Of a stretch of DNA of 64,000 nucleotides, positions 42,601 to 51,855 are shown in pieces. How positions within the stretch are numbered: position 1 is the stretch's first letter; each line of letters starts with the position of its first letter. The translations under genes were made by a program, and so were the position numbers. The notes under the pieces were generated by a model. It was not told the DNA's origin. It did not search any database and was given only the letters and a program-made list of their open reading frames with translations. Source of the stretch: Chloropicon primus (taxonomy: Eukaryota). The stretch lies in NCBI GenBank assembly GCA_023205875.1, contig CP060762.1, positions 620,001 through 684,000 of the forward strand, in the 5' to 3' direction.

Positions 42601-45600
42601 GAGCCTCGTTCATCAGCCTCTTAATGTCGGTCGTGCTCTGCAGGTGCAGCTTCGTGTTCTCAAGATCGATCTGAAGTTCCATCTCCCTTTCCTCCTTCAT
42701 CAAAAGCTTCTTGTCCAGGTCCTGCGTCTTCTTTTGCAGCTGGGTGACCGTTTTCGCCCACTTGTGGGCCTTCTGGAACTCCACGCGCCCCGACAGTTCC
42801 GTCTCCAACCTGTCAAACAGCTTGTTCTGGTTCTTGAACTTGGACTTCATGTTCTCCCTCTCTGCCCACAAGTCCCGCATGGTCTCCTGGACCTTGTTGT
42901 TGAGGTCCTCGCACTGCTTCTCCAGGCGCTGGGACCGGGACTCGGCACGAGCCAGGCTCATCTTCATCGCGGCTTCCTTCGCTCTCAAGTGCAAGAGCTC
43001 CTCGTGGAGTCTGTTGATCACGTGATCCTGGTCGTTCGAATCCGCCATGTTTCTCAGAGCCTCTTTCAGGGAGGAAATGTCTTGGAGGTAAGCACTCTCA
43101 AAGTCCTTCATCCGTTCCTCCTTCTCCTTGCGAGATGCTTGGATGTCCTTCAGCGTGGACAGGTCTTGCTTGAGCTGAATGAGCTCCTTCTCTCTCTCCA
43201 CCATTCGCTTCGACAAGTTGTCGTGAATGTCCCTGTGTACCATCGTTGCGATCTTCTTCGTCAGCTGCGTTTCAGCTTGCCTGGCCGTGTGCAGCAACGA
43301 CACATGCTTCTGCAAGGCCTCCTCCAATTCTTTGACGCTGCTTCTCAACTCCTCCTCGGTGGCCTCGAATCTCTTTCTGGAGCTCTCGTTCATCTCTTCC
43401 CTTCTCTTTGCGTTGCTAACGGACGTCCTGAGGTTCACAACCTCCTCCCTGAGTTCGTTGTTGTAGGCCTCGGCGCCGTCCTTGTTGAGGGCCTCGACAA
43501 GCTTCTCGGACTCCTTTCTCTTCTCGGACTCGTGCGTTTCCCGCCTCCTCGCCTCCTCCAACTCGTTCTTCAGGCCCAGGATCTCCCTCTCCTTCTCCGC
43601 GGCATTCACCTTTTGGATTGCGTCGGTGGCATTCAGCTCCACCAACTCCCTCAGGGATTCTTGCAGCGTGACCTTCTGGGCCAAGACCTCCTCGAAGAGC
43701 CTGCTCGGCACGCTGGTCTCAACTTCACGGTAAAGCCTCTGGATCGCAACTTCGTTCACTCGCTTGGAGTACTCCAGCTGCCTGATCTCGGCTCTGTAGC
43801 TCGTGGACAGCTGCTGAATGTCCTCCAGAAGTTGGGTCTTCTCCTTCTTCAGGGAACGCTCCGCTCCTGACAGGACGTCCAGCCGCCTCGCGAGGCGCAT
43901 GTTCTTCACCTGCAGAACAGCACCCTTGCCAACAATCTTCCTCAATTCTTGCTTCATCTCGGATTCGTTGTTTGACTGCAAAACGAGGTTCAGCTTGTCG
44001 ATCTCGATCATGCGGACCTTCTGCTCCGCGTTTTCGGACTCGAGAGTATCGATTCTGGCTCTCAGCTGTTCCCCTTCCTTCTTCCACTTTTGCTCGGCCG
44101 CAAAGTACTGCCTGTACAAGATTGCCCGCTGATCGACAAAGGACTCCAGTTTGTTCTTGTGCCTCTGCAGCTCTCCCACGAGCTGCTTGGTCTCGTCCTC
44201 GTGCTTGCCTTGGATGTTCATGCACTGAGCCAGTTGCATCACGACGGCGGAGGAGCTTATGTCAAAGTCTTCCTCTGCTGTTTTGCTTGGGGAAGGTGGG
44301 GACATCGCCTCCATGGGCTGCTGCTCCTGGCGAGCAGCAGATCGGGCCTCCTCCTTCAGCTTGGACATCTCCCTCTGCAAGCTCTCGATGACCAAATTCC
44401 TGGACTCAAGCTCAGCTGACTTGAGCTCGAGCTCCTTCTCGATTGAGGCGACCCGGGCGTCCGCTTGCCTGGTTGCGCTGCTTGCCACGGCACTCGCTGC
44501 GCCTGCGGCGTCCATCGTGCCGTCGGCGACTGCCGAGAGGATTTGGGTGAGCTTCTCTTGGATGTAGATGCTGGCATCAAGGCTGTCGCCGGCCATCTGA
44601 TCCGCAGAGGCCTCAAGCTCCTTCAGGAGCTTCGAGATGTTGATCTGGAAATGCTGTGCTTCCCTGGAAAGCTCGTCGTTCCTCTCCCTCAGCGACGCCA
44701 CGACGCCCTGCAGGTTCTGGTTGACGAGGGATTCCCTGTGCAGGGATTCGGCACCGCCAGAGAGTGCCAAGAGGCTTGAAGCCGCATCGGGGTGGCTTGC
44801 AGAAACCTGCGCGAGGGCGAGCCTCTCCTCGAGGACTTGGACTTGCCTCTCCATGTCTGACAAGATTTTCGATTCCGGGGCAGCTGTTCCGCCCCCGTAC
44901 CTCAGAGAGTCCGCGTACTCTTCGAGCAGGAGCAGCTGGTTTGGCGAGAGGCCCATGTGGAGGGCGTGCTCTCCCTGCCACTTTGCCCTGAACCTCATCT
45001 CCATCTTCATCTTCCTCCTGTCCTCCTCGAGCTCAAGGATCTCCCTCTGCAGTTGGGAGTTGATCGCGCGGAGCTGGGCCACGGTCACTTGGGACTGGAG
45101 CCTAAAATCTTTCGTGACGAGCTTCTCGTCCGGAGGCAGTCCAAGCTTCTGCCTCAGCAGAGCATTCTCCTCGAGCATGCCTTCGGCTTCCAAGGAAATT
45201 CCGCTCAGCTTCCTCAGCGCGTCGTTCAACTTCACGCCCATCGTTCTCTTCTCCTGCTTCAGTTGCTTGATTTCCGTCACAGCCTCGGGCAGCCCGTAGA
45301 CCCCCGCCTCGTAGTCCTTGTTCCTCAGTTCGGCCTCCTCGAGCTGCTGCTGACACTCCGCCAGAGCCTGGTCCAGCTGCTGGAACCTCTCCCTCTCGAT
45401 GTCCAAGGCCTCCTCCTTGATCTTGAGCTCGGTCTTCATCCTGTCCTGCTTCGACTTTTGGATCTGGAGGGCATGGTCCACCTCCCTCGCCGTGTCCTTC
45501 TCGAGCTGCTCGTACGCCTCGAGCAGCAAGACGACCTTCTCCTGCGACTCGACGTACTTTTGCTGCAGCTCGGCCTCGTCCTGCGGGGGCACGGGAGCGC

Positions 45601-46741
45601 CCCGGGCATCCACCGATGCTTCCTTGTCGGCGATCATCTGCGACCTCTCCGTGACGGTGGCGGTCGGATCCGAGAGACTCTTCTCGATCCTCTGGAGCTG
45701 GGACACCTGCCTCTCCATGGCGTGCGACGAGAGCTTCTTCCTCTCCTCGACCCAGTTCTCGTATTGGGATTTGAACCTCTTCTCGAACTCCTCCAGGAGG
45801 GCCATCTTCTCTTCCACGGAGCCCTCGAGCTCTGAGATTCTCATCGACATGTTGTCCCTCTCCAATTCGAGCTCGCGATAAGAGTCTTCCAGGGTCGATA
45901 TGGTGTTGGCACGGTCCGAGTTGCTCTGGTCCATCGCCAGCAAGGACTCGCTCAGGCCGATGATCTCCCCCTGGCACTGCTCGTTCTTCGACTGAATCTC
46001 CGCGTTGGCCTCCGCGAGAGTGTTGTTCTCCCTCTGAAGCCTGTCGATCTCCCTGGTGTACTTGATCAGCCTCGAATTCAAGGTCTTGTCGTCGTCGCCC
46101 CTCACCACGGCCCTCTTCTGCTCTGTGGCGAGGTGAGACCTGAGCTCGGCCACGTCCTCCTCCGCGACCCTGATGCGGTCCTCGAGCTCCGTGTTCCTCT
46201 CGGAGGCCTGCTGGCGGGCGGTCTCCGCGGCCTGGGTGTTTTGCCTCTCGAGGTCAAGCTGCTTCTCCAGCTGCTTGGCCTCGCGCTCCATCCTGTCGTT
46301 CTTCACGCGCTCCTCCTCGAGCTCGTTGAGCACGAGCTCTATCTTCTGGTTCGTGGTGGCCACGTCCTCCTCGTTGTTCCGCTCGATCTGCAAGCGAAGC
46401 GTCTCGCAGTCGTGCTCGGCCTCCTGCAAGTCCTGGGCCAGGGTGTCCACCTTTCTCTCGAGGTCCTGCTCGATCTCCTCGGCCTGGTACTGCTCCAGCT
46501 CGAAGGCGTACTGCAAGATCTTGGCGACCTTGAGGACGCGCTTCAAGTTCTCCTCCGCAGACACCGTGACGTCCTCCTCGATGTGCATCTGCACGAGCTG
46601 CTTCGCCCCAGACGTGAGCTCCGCGACCACCGCGGACGTCAGCGTCTTCCCCGGCTCGAACGACGCTAGGTCCAGGCCCTCGAACACCTGCCACTGCTGG
46701 CTCAGGTGCTCCCCCCTCGCCGGGAACGACTCAGGCAGCAT
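39611..46741 (-). CDS. CEP290: Centrosomal/transition-zone protein CEP290
   Basis: 2376-aa coiled coil with YEAGVYGLPEAVTEIK, ILKWEEGKRLKK and ELNAFDPSFFEEIEDLK, all CEP290 signatures. Confidence 0.88.
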   Translation of the reverse strand: MLPESFPARGEHLSQQWQVFEGLDLASFEPGKTLTSAVVAELTSGAKQLVQMHIEEDVTVSAEENLKRVLKVAKILQYAFELEQYQAEEIEQDLERKVDTLAQDLQEAEHDCETLRLQIERNNEEDVATTNQKIELVLNELEEERVKNDRMEREAKQLEKQLDLERQNTQAAETARQQASERNTELEDRIRVAEEDVAELRSHLATEQKRAVVRGDDDKTLNSRLIKYTREIDRLQRENNTLAEANAEIQSKNEQCQGEIIGLSESLLAMDQSNSDRANTISTLEDSYRELELERDNMSMRISELEGSVEEKMALLEEFEKRFKSQYENWVEERKKLSSHAMERQVSQLQRIEKSLSDPTATVTERSQMIADKEASVDARGAPVPPQDEAELQQKYVESQEKVVLLLEAYEQLEKDTAREVDHALQIQKSKQDRMKTELKIKEEALDIERERFQQLDQALAECQQQLEEAELRNKDYEAGVYGLPEAVTEIKQLKQEKRTMGVKLNDALRKLSGISLEAEGMLEENALLRQKLGLPPDEKLVTKDFRLQSQVTVAQLRAINSQLQREILELEEDRRKMKMEMRFRAKWQGEHALHMGLSPNQLLLLEEYADSLRYGGGTAAPESKILSDMERQVQVLEERLALAQVSASHPDAASSLLALSGGAESLHRESLVNQNLQGVVASLRERNDELSREAQHFQINISKLLKELEASADQMAGDSLDASIYIQEKLTQILSAVADGTMDAAGAASAVASSATRQADARVASIEKELELKSAELESRNLVIESLQREMSKLKEEARSAARQEQQPMEAMSPPSPSKTAEEDFDISSSAVVMQLAQCMNIQGKHEDETKQLVGELQRHKNKLESFVDQRAILYRQYFAAEQKWKKEGEQLRARIDTLESENAEQKVRMIEIDKLNLVLQSNNESEMKQELRKIVGKGAVLQVKNMRLARRLDVLSGAERSLKKEKTQLLEDIQQLSTSYRAEIRQLEYSKRVNEVAIQRLYREVETSVPSRLFEEVLAQKVTLQESLRELVELNATDAIQKVNAAEKEREILGLKNELEEARRRETHESEKRKESEKLVEALNKDGAEAYNNELREEVVNLRTSVSNAKRREEMNESSRKRFEATEEELRSSVKELEEALQKHVSLLHTARQAETQLTKKIATMVHRDIHDNLSKRMVEREKELIQLKQDLSTLKDIQASRKEKEERMKDFESAYLQDISSLKEALRNMADSNDQDHVINRLHEELLHLRAKEAAMKMSLARAESRSQRLEKQCEDLNNKVQETMRDLWAERENMKSKFKNQNKLFDRLETELSGRVEFQKAHKWAKTVTQLQKKTQDLDKKLLMKEEREMELQIDLENTKLHLQSTTDIKRLMNEAPSDMHKEVIRVQEEYLQAKMTSSRLQRELDGLKGKASLNEKSAKDSESQLQKVEEEGMRVQLKLKEQIRELQAKEQLLEGNILQLQKEKGEIQASVDNESRNVTKEFSRDTLDSALLKTQVEGGQSIILEQIDKIKDLRQEIVALEQKASQAQKDLEQKEAALQEVEIERDHLLTRIESQLSGMKLKSKENIDDEDFAVQQVKEAAEASVQRLQNIIKEKGIEIKSLRNELELERKRTLEETLKSNKQIQELRLSVEKAKMTTVKTFANPMASGVNQPHPSAKGRYSVLKYEQLIDTLEEKDHNIELLKNQLEQTNSKFEIMQTKLTSEVKIANDNLQRFKLDIEREKARSSTKIMEITISKLKSQLVSKDKRLLHLKEAIKTLEAQLIKVMQVNASQTILESDVNMTVQEQREREKLEGSKERLASRLKKAQEEIKNLKEIIQTKNDMIITIEERHMKGRQEAQSLQALAEESSLTLLAEDIAPVNISDPELMKKRIRVLETKNQRLRVMLQANQTLAATPKKVKPRQTKSSRNVGIATDQGEEEQTPVASKPAGPSEPPSSETKPVVRRVKPEENIEILKWEEGKRLKKQIEVQKAKVGKLQAKLDAAEKDAERHRKIISNLTNDRSRLAAGKAQVQQPQVQQQKPEEPQAPQEKKVVIPKALAEKDAVITELEAKMVSLEEKITKLEDELDSASTENKKLVQRLNDQPSVGLLMQDQASVSEETMQMKLFDTTLERDQALAQVERYRVKLQAYFKDGDAPGGGKASGSSRSANLSKLQAENQDLKNLVAGFERSVAKLKYDKENSVSNQKYMAAVQRIKELKKSSQKMQDEISKMDKKQLQEIKDREGKISELSTAVKDLKKEKEKKREKERECGLLKEKLQEKEVEIEHLHFELEGEKEKIALYLQGKDEPSPKKSVDDAFILELEEDLNNYKMKARELELENTDLRTELNAFDPSFFEEIEDLKHEHFQLTQRCSSYESEIRDLRADLAAQ

Positions 46742-47398
46742 GGTGACCCTTTCTTCTCCTTCAACTACGAACTCGTTGCTTTGCCTTCACTGGAAACGAA
46801 GAATCAAGGAGTGAGCGAGTGGAACTTCCCCTCCCCTTGGCTCTCCTCTCCGAAAGCACAGAAAGCAAACCCAACGCTAACGCTTGGTTCTCCTCCCGTT
46901 CTTGGCAAAAAGGTGGTACCTTTGGAAGCAAAAAGTGAAGACAAACCTGTGTGTGGTGTCCTCCCCCCTCCCCTTGGCTCTCCTCTCCCGTCCTCGCACC
47001 TCCTCGGCTCGCCTTGCGCACACCTCCTTGGCCTCCTTGACCGCCCTGTCTCGGCGCGATTCGTGATCAAATTTAAAAATCGTACAGCATACATGAGTGT
47101 ACAGGAGTACACTCGTGAATCGTGCGTGACGGACAGGATTCTGCAGAGACTGACGGCGAAGCTGAACGGGACAGGAGGTGAGTGCGCGTGTTTGACGGAC
47201 GGAGGGCGAGGTTGAGTGGGGATTCCCTGATCGATCGAAGCGTCTTCATCTCATTCTTTTCTCGCTCTCTCGTTTGATGCCCGCCTCGCTCGAGGGCGTT
47301 CAGTTTTGAGTGAGCACTAACAGAAGAACTCGGCGTGCGAAGACAGAGACAGAGACAGAGAGAGAGAGCGTATTCGTATTGAAGACAGAAGGAGAACG

Positions 47399-48076
47399 AT
47401 GGTGCGCGTGGCGATCGTGACGACTTCATGTGACGTGCTGGAGAAGAACGGCCATAAGACTGGGCTCTGGTTCGAGGAGCTCGCCGCTCCGTACTACGTC
47501 TTCAAGGAGAAAGGGTACGAGGTGGTCGTGGCTTCGATCAAGGGTGGCGATGCCCCCGTGGACGGGATGAGCTTGCAAGGAGACTTCGTCAAGCCGGAGT
47601 GCTGCCAGAAGGCGCTCAAGGACGAGGGGTTCCAGGCCGCCAAGAAGGGATCCGTTGCCGTGGCCGACCTCAAGGCGGAGGACCTGGATGGAGTCTACTT
47701 GAGTGGCGGGCACGGGACTTGTGGCGACTTCCTCGGCACGGAGGCCCTGACTGGGCTCGTGGAGTCCATGGTGGCCAAGGGCGGCGTTGTCGGAGCCGTG
47801 TGCCACGGTGTCTTGGGACTGTTCGAAGCGAAGGCGAGTGGCGAGCCGCTCCTCAAGGGCAAGCGGTGCACCGGCTTCAGCAACAGCGAGGAGGCCGCCG
47901 TCCAGCTCACGGACGCCGTTCCCTTCACCCCCGAGGCCAGGATGGTGGAACTCGGCGGCGTTTACGAGAAGGGGGATGACTGGAACCCCAACTCCGTCGT
48001 GGATGGAAAGATCGTCACGGGACAGAACCCAGCGAGCTCGGCCGCGGTCGCGGAGAACATGGTCGGACTGCTCTGA
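47399..48076 (+). CDS. DJ-1/PfpI family protein (Hsp31/glyoxalase III-like)
   Basis: TGLWFEELAAPY, GGHG, AVCHG nucleophile, TGFSNSEE, VTGQNPAS. Confidence 0.93.
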   Translation: MVRVAIVTTSCDVLEKNGHKTGLWFEELAAPYYVFKEKGYEVVVASIKGGDAPVDGMSLQGDFVKPECCQKALKDEGFQAAKKGSVAVADLKAEDLDGVYLSGGHGTCGDFLGTEALTGLVESMVAKGGVVGAVCHGVLGLFEAKASGEPLLKGKRCTGFSNSEEAAVQLTDAVPFTPEARMVELGGVYEKGDDWNPNSVVDGKIVTGQNPASSAAVAENMVGLL

Positions 48077-48220
48077 CGGAGAGGAAAGGTTGAAGGTTGA
48101 AGCTTGCTGCCTGCGTCTGCGATGTGATTATAAGGAAAGCGTTGATCTTGATCTTGATCTTGATTGTGTGCGTGTAATGAAGGAATAATGCGCGTCACCA
48201 ACCAGAGTGAGTTGTCGTCA

Positions 48221-49528
48221 TCACCGACCCCCTCCGCAGGAAGAATCGAACATGTACGCCGGAATCGGCCGAAGCCATTCTCCGGACGGAAGCACGACGC
48301 CAACCTTTAACATGCCCGGCCCCCCGCCGTTCTTCTGGTGGGCCTCGAGGAACACCACCTCTCCCTTTCGCATCGTCGTCGGCTTGTCGGCCTCCACCCA
48401 CTGGGACTCGAAGCGCATCTCCCTCAGCGGGGATCGGTCCGCTTTCACGGATGGCGTGAGGCTCATCAAGTAGTCCCGGTAATGGGAAAACCCGTCGAAA
48501 TCACCCGAGTCGAATTGCTTGGGATCCAAAATGTAGAGCGCCGCAGAATCATCCGCTGCGAGCTTGAAAACGTAGTCCCCGTCCGCCATGGCGCAGAAGA
48601 ACCCCGTCATTCTTGATCCGCTGTCCCTGGTATTCCGGTGCGCAAGTGGGGCCTCAAAGCCTTCGGAGGACTCTGTGATCCACTCCTGAGCGTCCGGCGG
48701 CGTTTTCATGAACTTCGATCCAATTCTGTTGAAGATTGAGAGAGAGTCCCACCAAAAGTTCGGGCAGGTGATCATTCGGAGACCCTGCCAAGTTGTTGAG
48801 CAAACCTGATTCTCCCACAGCTGGTAGAGTATGCCCCGATCCCTGACGGCCGTGCCCGCGTCGTTCGCGATCGAGGAGTACTTCATCGACATCATCGAGC
48901 ACCGGGCACAGGAGCGACGGCAGTACCCGCCGTTGACCATCCAATCATCGTCGCACTTGCCGTATTTCTTCTGCGTGAAGCAGGAGTAACGGCCGGGCGG
49001 GGCGATGTCGCAGCAGTGCCCTTTCTCACAAGACTCCCTCGGCGTCGCCTCCTGCTCCGAAAGGGGGAGCTCCATGCTCTCCGCGACGACCGCGGCGTGC
49101 TCCCTCGGAAGCAGCAGCTTGTCCACCACGACGATCTCGCCGGCACAGACCGAAAACCGATCGAGGATTTTGGTGCCGCTGCCGAGTCGCTTCTTGCTTC
49201 CCTCGAAGTGGTGCCTCAAAATCTCGCCGGCGTTCTCGCGGAGGTGCTCGTCCGCGAACGCCGTCTCGAAGGCGGCGTCCGTCGGCGCGTAGAACGTGGA
49301 TCCCGAGCCGAGGAGACCCCCCTCTGTCCCGTTCAACAGGCGAGCCAGGGTGTTCAAGCCGTAGCTGCGCTTCCGAGGATCATCCTGCACGATCTTCTTG
49401 ATCTCGTCCGCGATTGTCTCCCCCTCGCACGCCAGGGGGCTCGAGCCTTCCCCCTGGGCCCTCGCGAGTACGCAAAGGGTCAGCAGCACCAACAGCAGCG
49501 CCCATCGTCGCCCAACAGCGGCGCTCAT
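48221..49528 (-). CDS. Secreted fasciclin (FAS1) + Cys-rich (ShK-like) + PA14-like protein, paralogue 1
   Basis: Signal peptide; TFYAPTDAAF...VVDKLLLP; CDIAPP..CFTQKKYGKC...YCRRSCARC; RMTGFFCA..DGDYVFKLAADDSA. Confidence 0.8.
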   Translation of the reverse strand: MSAAVGRRWALLLVLLTLCVLARAQGEGSSPLACEGETIADEIKKIVQDDPRKRSYGLNTLARLLNGTEGGLLGSGSTFYAPTDAAFETAFADEHLRENAGEILRHHFEGSKKRLGSGTKILDRFSVCAGEIVVVDKLLLPREHAAVVAESMELPLSEQEATPRESCEKGHCCDIAPPGRYSCFTQKKYGKCDDDWMVNGGYCRRSCARCSMMSMKYSSIANDAGTAVRDRGILYQLWENQVCSTTWQGLRMITCPNFWWDSLSIFNRIGSKFMKTPPDAQEWITESSEGFEAPLAHRNTRDSGSRMTGFFCAMADGDYVFKLAADDSAALYILDPKQFDSGDFDGFSHYRDYLMSLTPSVKADRSPLREMRFESQWVEADKPTTMRKGEVVFLEAHQKNGGGPGMLKVGVVLPSGEWLRPIPAYMFDSSCGGGR

Positions 49529-49918
49529 CGTCGCCTTCCCATTCCTCTAAACTCCTGGCTCCCTTGCCGGTTACATTCATCGAGAAATTGAAAAAAAATG
49601 ATCAGTGATGGTGAGGGGGTGATGATGATGAAGCCTCCGGGAGAGCCGGCACCCGGCCGGCAGGAGATGGGCACCCCTTTCCTGCACAATCATCACTGCC
49701 CCTTTGCTTGCCTCTCCTATTCTCTGTCCTCCTCCTCCAGGAGAGATGGCTGAGGCTCGCAAGCCGACCACGTACGACGAGAAAGAGAATGAGAAATGAC
49801 AATGTGTTTGTGTGTTGAATAATCAGAAATAATCATGCATGAAAATAAGTATAACGTTTGCTTGCCCTCGTCGTTTGCTAGGGACTCCTCAGACTCCTCC
49901 TCAGACTCCTTCTCAGAC

Positions 49919-51148
49919 TCAGACGTCGCAGTTCTTGTGGAAAAAGTACGAGGGGATCGGCTGGATGAAATCGCCGCTGGGCAGGACCACCCCCAAGTTC
50001 ACGTGCCCCCTCCCCCAGCCGTTCTTCTGCTGGACTTCCAAGTACGTCACCTCGCCCTTCTTCATGGCCTTGGGGCCGAGGGGGTCCTTCCACTCGGACT
50101 CGCGCTTGAACCCGTCGATCCAGATCATGGGGGGGACCTCGGTCGAGATGTACTCGAACGGGTCCTTCCCTAAGGTCTTCATGATCCGCACGTCCTTGTC
50201 GTCCATGATTTTGAGCCAGGCGCTGTCGTCGCTGGAGAGGTAGAACGTGTAGTTGCCCGACGACGGGGCGCAGAAGTAGCCTCCCATCCTGCTCGCGCTC
50301 TCCGGGTAGCCCTTGTACGGCTCCGGAGCGTAAAACTCGCCGTCCTCGATCACGAGGTCGACGTCCGGCTCTTCCCTCATGAACCTCGAGCCGTCGAGGC
50401 TCGACAACCTGTTGGAGGAGCCCATGTACCACCACTGCTGGTACAGGATCCCGTCGTTGACCACCCTGGTCGCGTTGCTCTCGCCGATCGTGGGGTCGAC
50501 CATCGACTGGAAGGAGCAGCGCCCGCAGCTTTGACGGCAGTATCCGCCGACAACCATCCAATCCTCCCAGCACTTGCCCCACCCCGTCTGCTCCTCGCAG
50601 GAGAAGTCTCCCGGCGGCTGGAGGTCGCAGCATTCGCCGGGTGCGCAGGCCTCGGCCGGCGCACCGGCGTCGAGGGTCCCCTCACCGCCGCGGCGTTGCT
50701 CCCCCCCACGAATTTCGGGGATCAAGACGCGGTCCACGACGGCCAGCTCGCCGTTGCAGGCGCCGACCCTGTCGAGGACCCTGGCGCCGCCGAGAATGTC
50801 CTGCTCGGCGCTTCCGCCGACGGCCGCTGCCCTGCCGCCCTCGAGCAGGAGGTGCGACCTCATGAGGTCGTACAGATCCAGGTCCAGCACCGCGGAAGCC
50901 GAGTCCCCGGCGTACTTCTCGTTCAGGCGGAGGAAGGCGGAGTCGTCGGGCGCGAAGAACCGCAAGGGTCCTGGCGACAAGAGCGTCTCCTCGAAGCCCG
51001 CGGCAACGATTGCCTTGGTCACCAGGGTCAAGTCCTCCCTCCTCTGGATCAAATCCATCACGGTGCATCCCTCTTGCTGCTGCTGAGCCCACGACGCGCC
51101 GACGATTCCCGCCACGGCCAACAGCGCAAGCAAACAAGTCCTCGCCAT
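49919..51148 (-). CDS. Secreted fasciclin (FAS1) + Cys-rich + PA14-like protein, paralogue 2
   Basis: Start at MARTCLLALL (51148); FFAPDDSAF...VVDRVLIP; same Cys motif; RMGGYFCAPSSGNYTFYLSSDDSA. Confidence 0.8.
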   Translation of the reverse strand: MARTCLLALLAVAGIVGASWAQQQQEGCTVMDLIQRREDLTLVTKAIVAAGFEETLLSPGPLRFFAPDDSAFLRLNEKYAGDSASAVLDLDLYDLMRSHLLLEGGRAAAVGGSAEQDILGGARVLDRVGACNGELAVVDRVLIPEIRGGEQRRGGEGTLDAGAPAEACAPGECCDLQPPGDFSCEEQTGWGKCWEDWMVVGGYCRQSCGRCSFQSMVDPTIGESNATRVVNDGILYQQWWYMGSSNRLSSLDGSRFMREEPDVDLVIEDGEFYAPEPYKGYPESASRMGGYFCAPSSGNYTFYLSSDDSAWLKIMDDKDVRIMKTLGKDPFEYISTEVPPMIWIDGFKRESEWKDPLGPKAMKKGEVTYLEVQQKNGWGRGHVNLGVVLPSGDFIQPIPSYFFHKNCDV

Positions 51149-51289
51149 CGTGATCCCACTCACACACACACACAAACGCACGCTCCTTGCGCGCCGAGGT
51201 CTTCCGTCGCTTTTGAAACCGCCGCGTGCTCGAGCGTTATGATCTCTCTCTTGATCTCCCATCTCGATCTCGGCAAAAATGTTCTCGGT

Positions 51290-51730
51290 TTTTCTGGGAT
51301 GCCGAAAGTTGTCCATGAGATGGCTGCACCTTTGATGTATAGAGCGACAGTGTGGTGGATGGGCAAGCCCGTGTTCCATGCACAAAGCGCAGAATCCAAT
51401 GAGCCTGCACCTGCACCTGCTGTGATCACAGCTGTCTCCTGCATTCCAAAGGAAACATCTCTTCCTGGGCATACAACAACTTTGCCTACATGCTTGGCTT
51501 GGGACACTTGACGCAAGGCAAGCATGTACGGAACCAAGACTGTGGATCACCTGAGGCAAAGGTCCAATGCTGCCAGAAGCGAGGAAGCGAGCCGTTTGCA
51601 ACATCATCTGCTGCATTCTGTGTGGCGGCAAAAAATCCACAGCAAGCAGCTCGTACATCCGGTATACGTACCGTGACATCAGGATGTGACATCCTGACGC
51701 TCCATCCCAACAGACTGGCGTGATCAAATG
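51290..51730 (-). pseudogene. Decayed type I PKS fragment (enoylreductase end / ketoreductase start)
   Basis: YELLAVDFLP...LASGSIGPLP, then frameshifted ALRQVSQAKHVGKVVV...TAVITAGAG; lower GC than flanking genes. Confidence 0.65.
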
Positions 51731-51855
51731 TCACGCTTTCCAATCTCAACCATCCTACCTCCATATAAATACGATTACATTTCATAATGATAACAAAAGT
51801 CAGTTACGCTGTCCCCCCCCCGCCCAGTTCGTTCTTCCCTCGTGGTGCCTCGCCT

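Noticed and set aside
49919..51727. 602-aa PKS-fasciclin fusion protein
   Set aside because: The signal peptide and ATG at 51148 mark the real start; the upstream frame crosses a (TG)n microsatellite and a frameshifted PKS relic.
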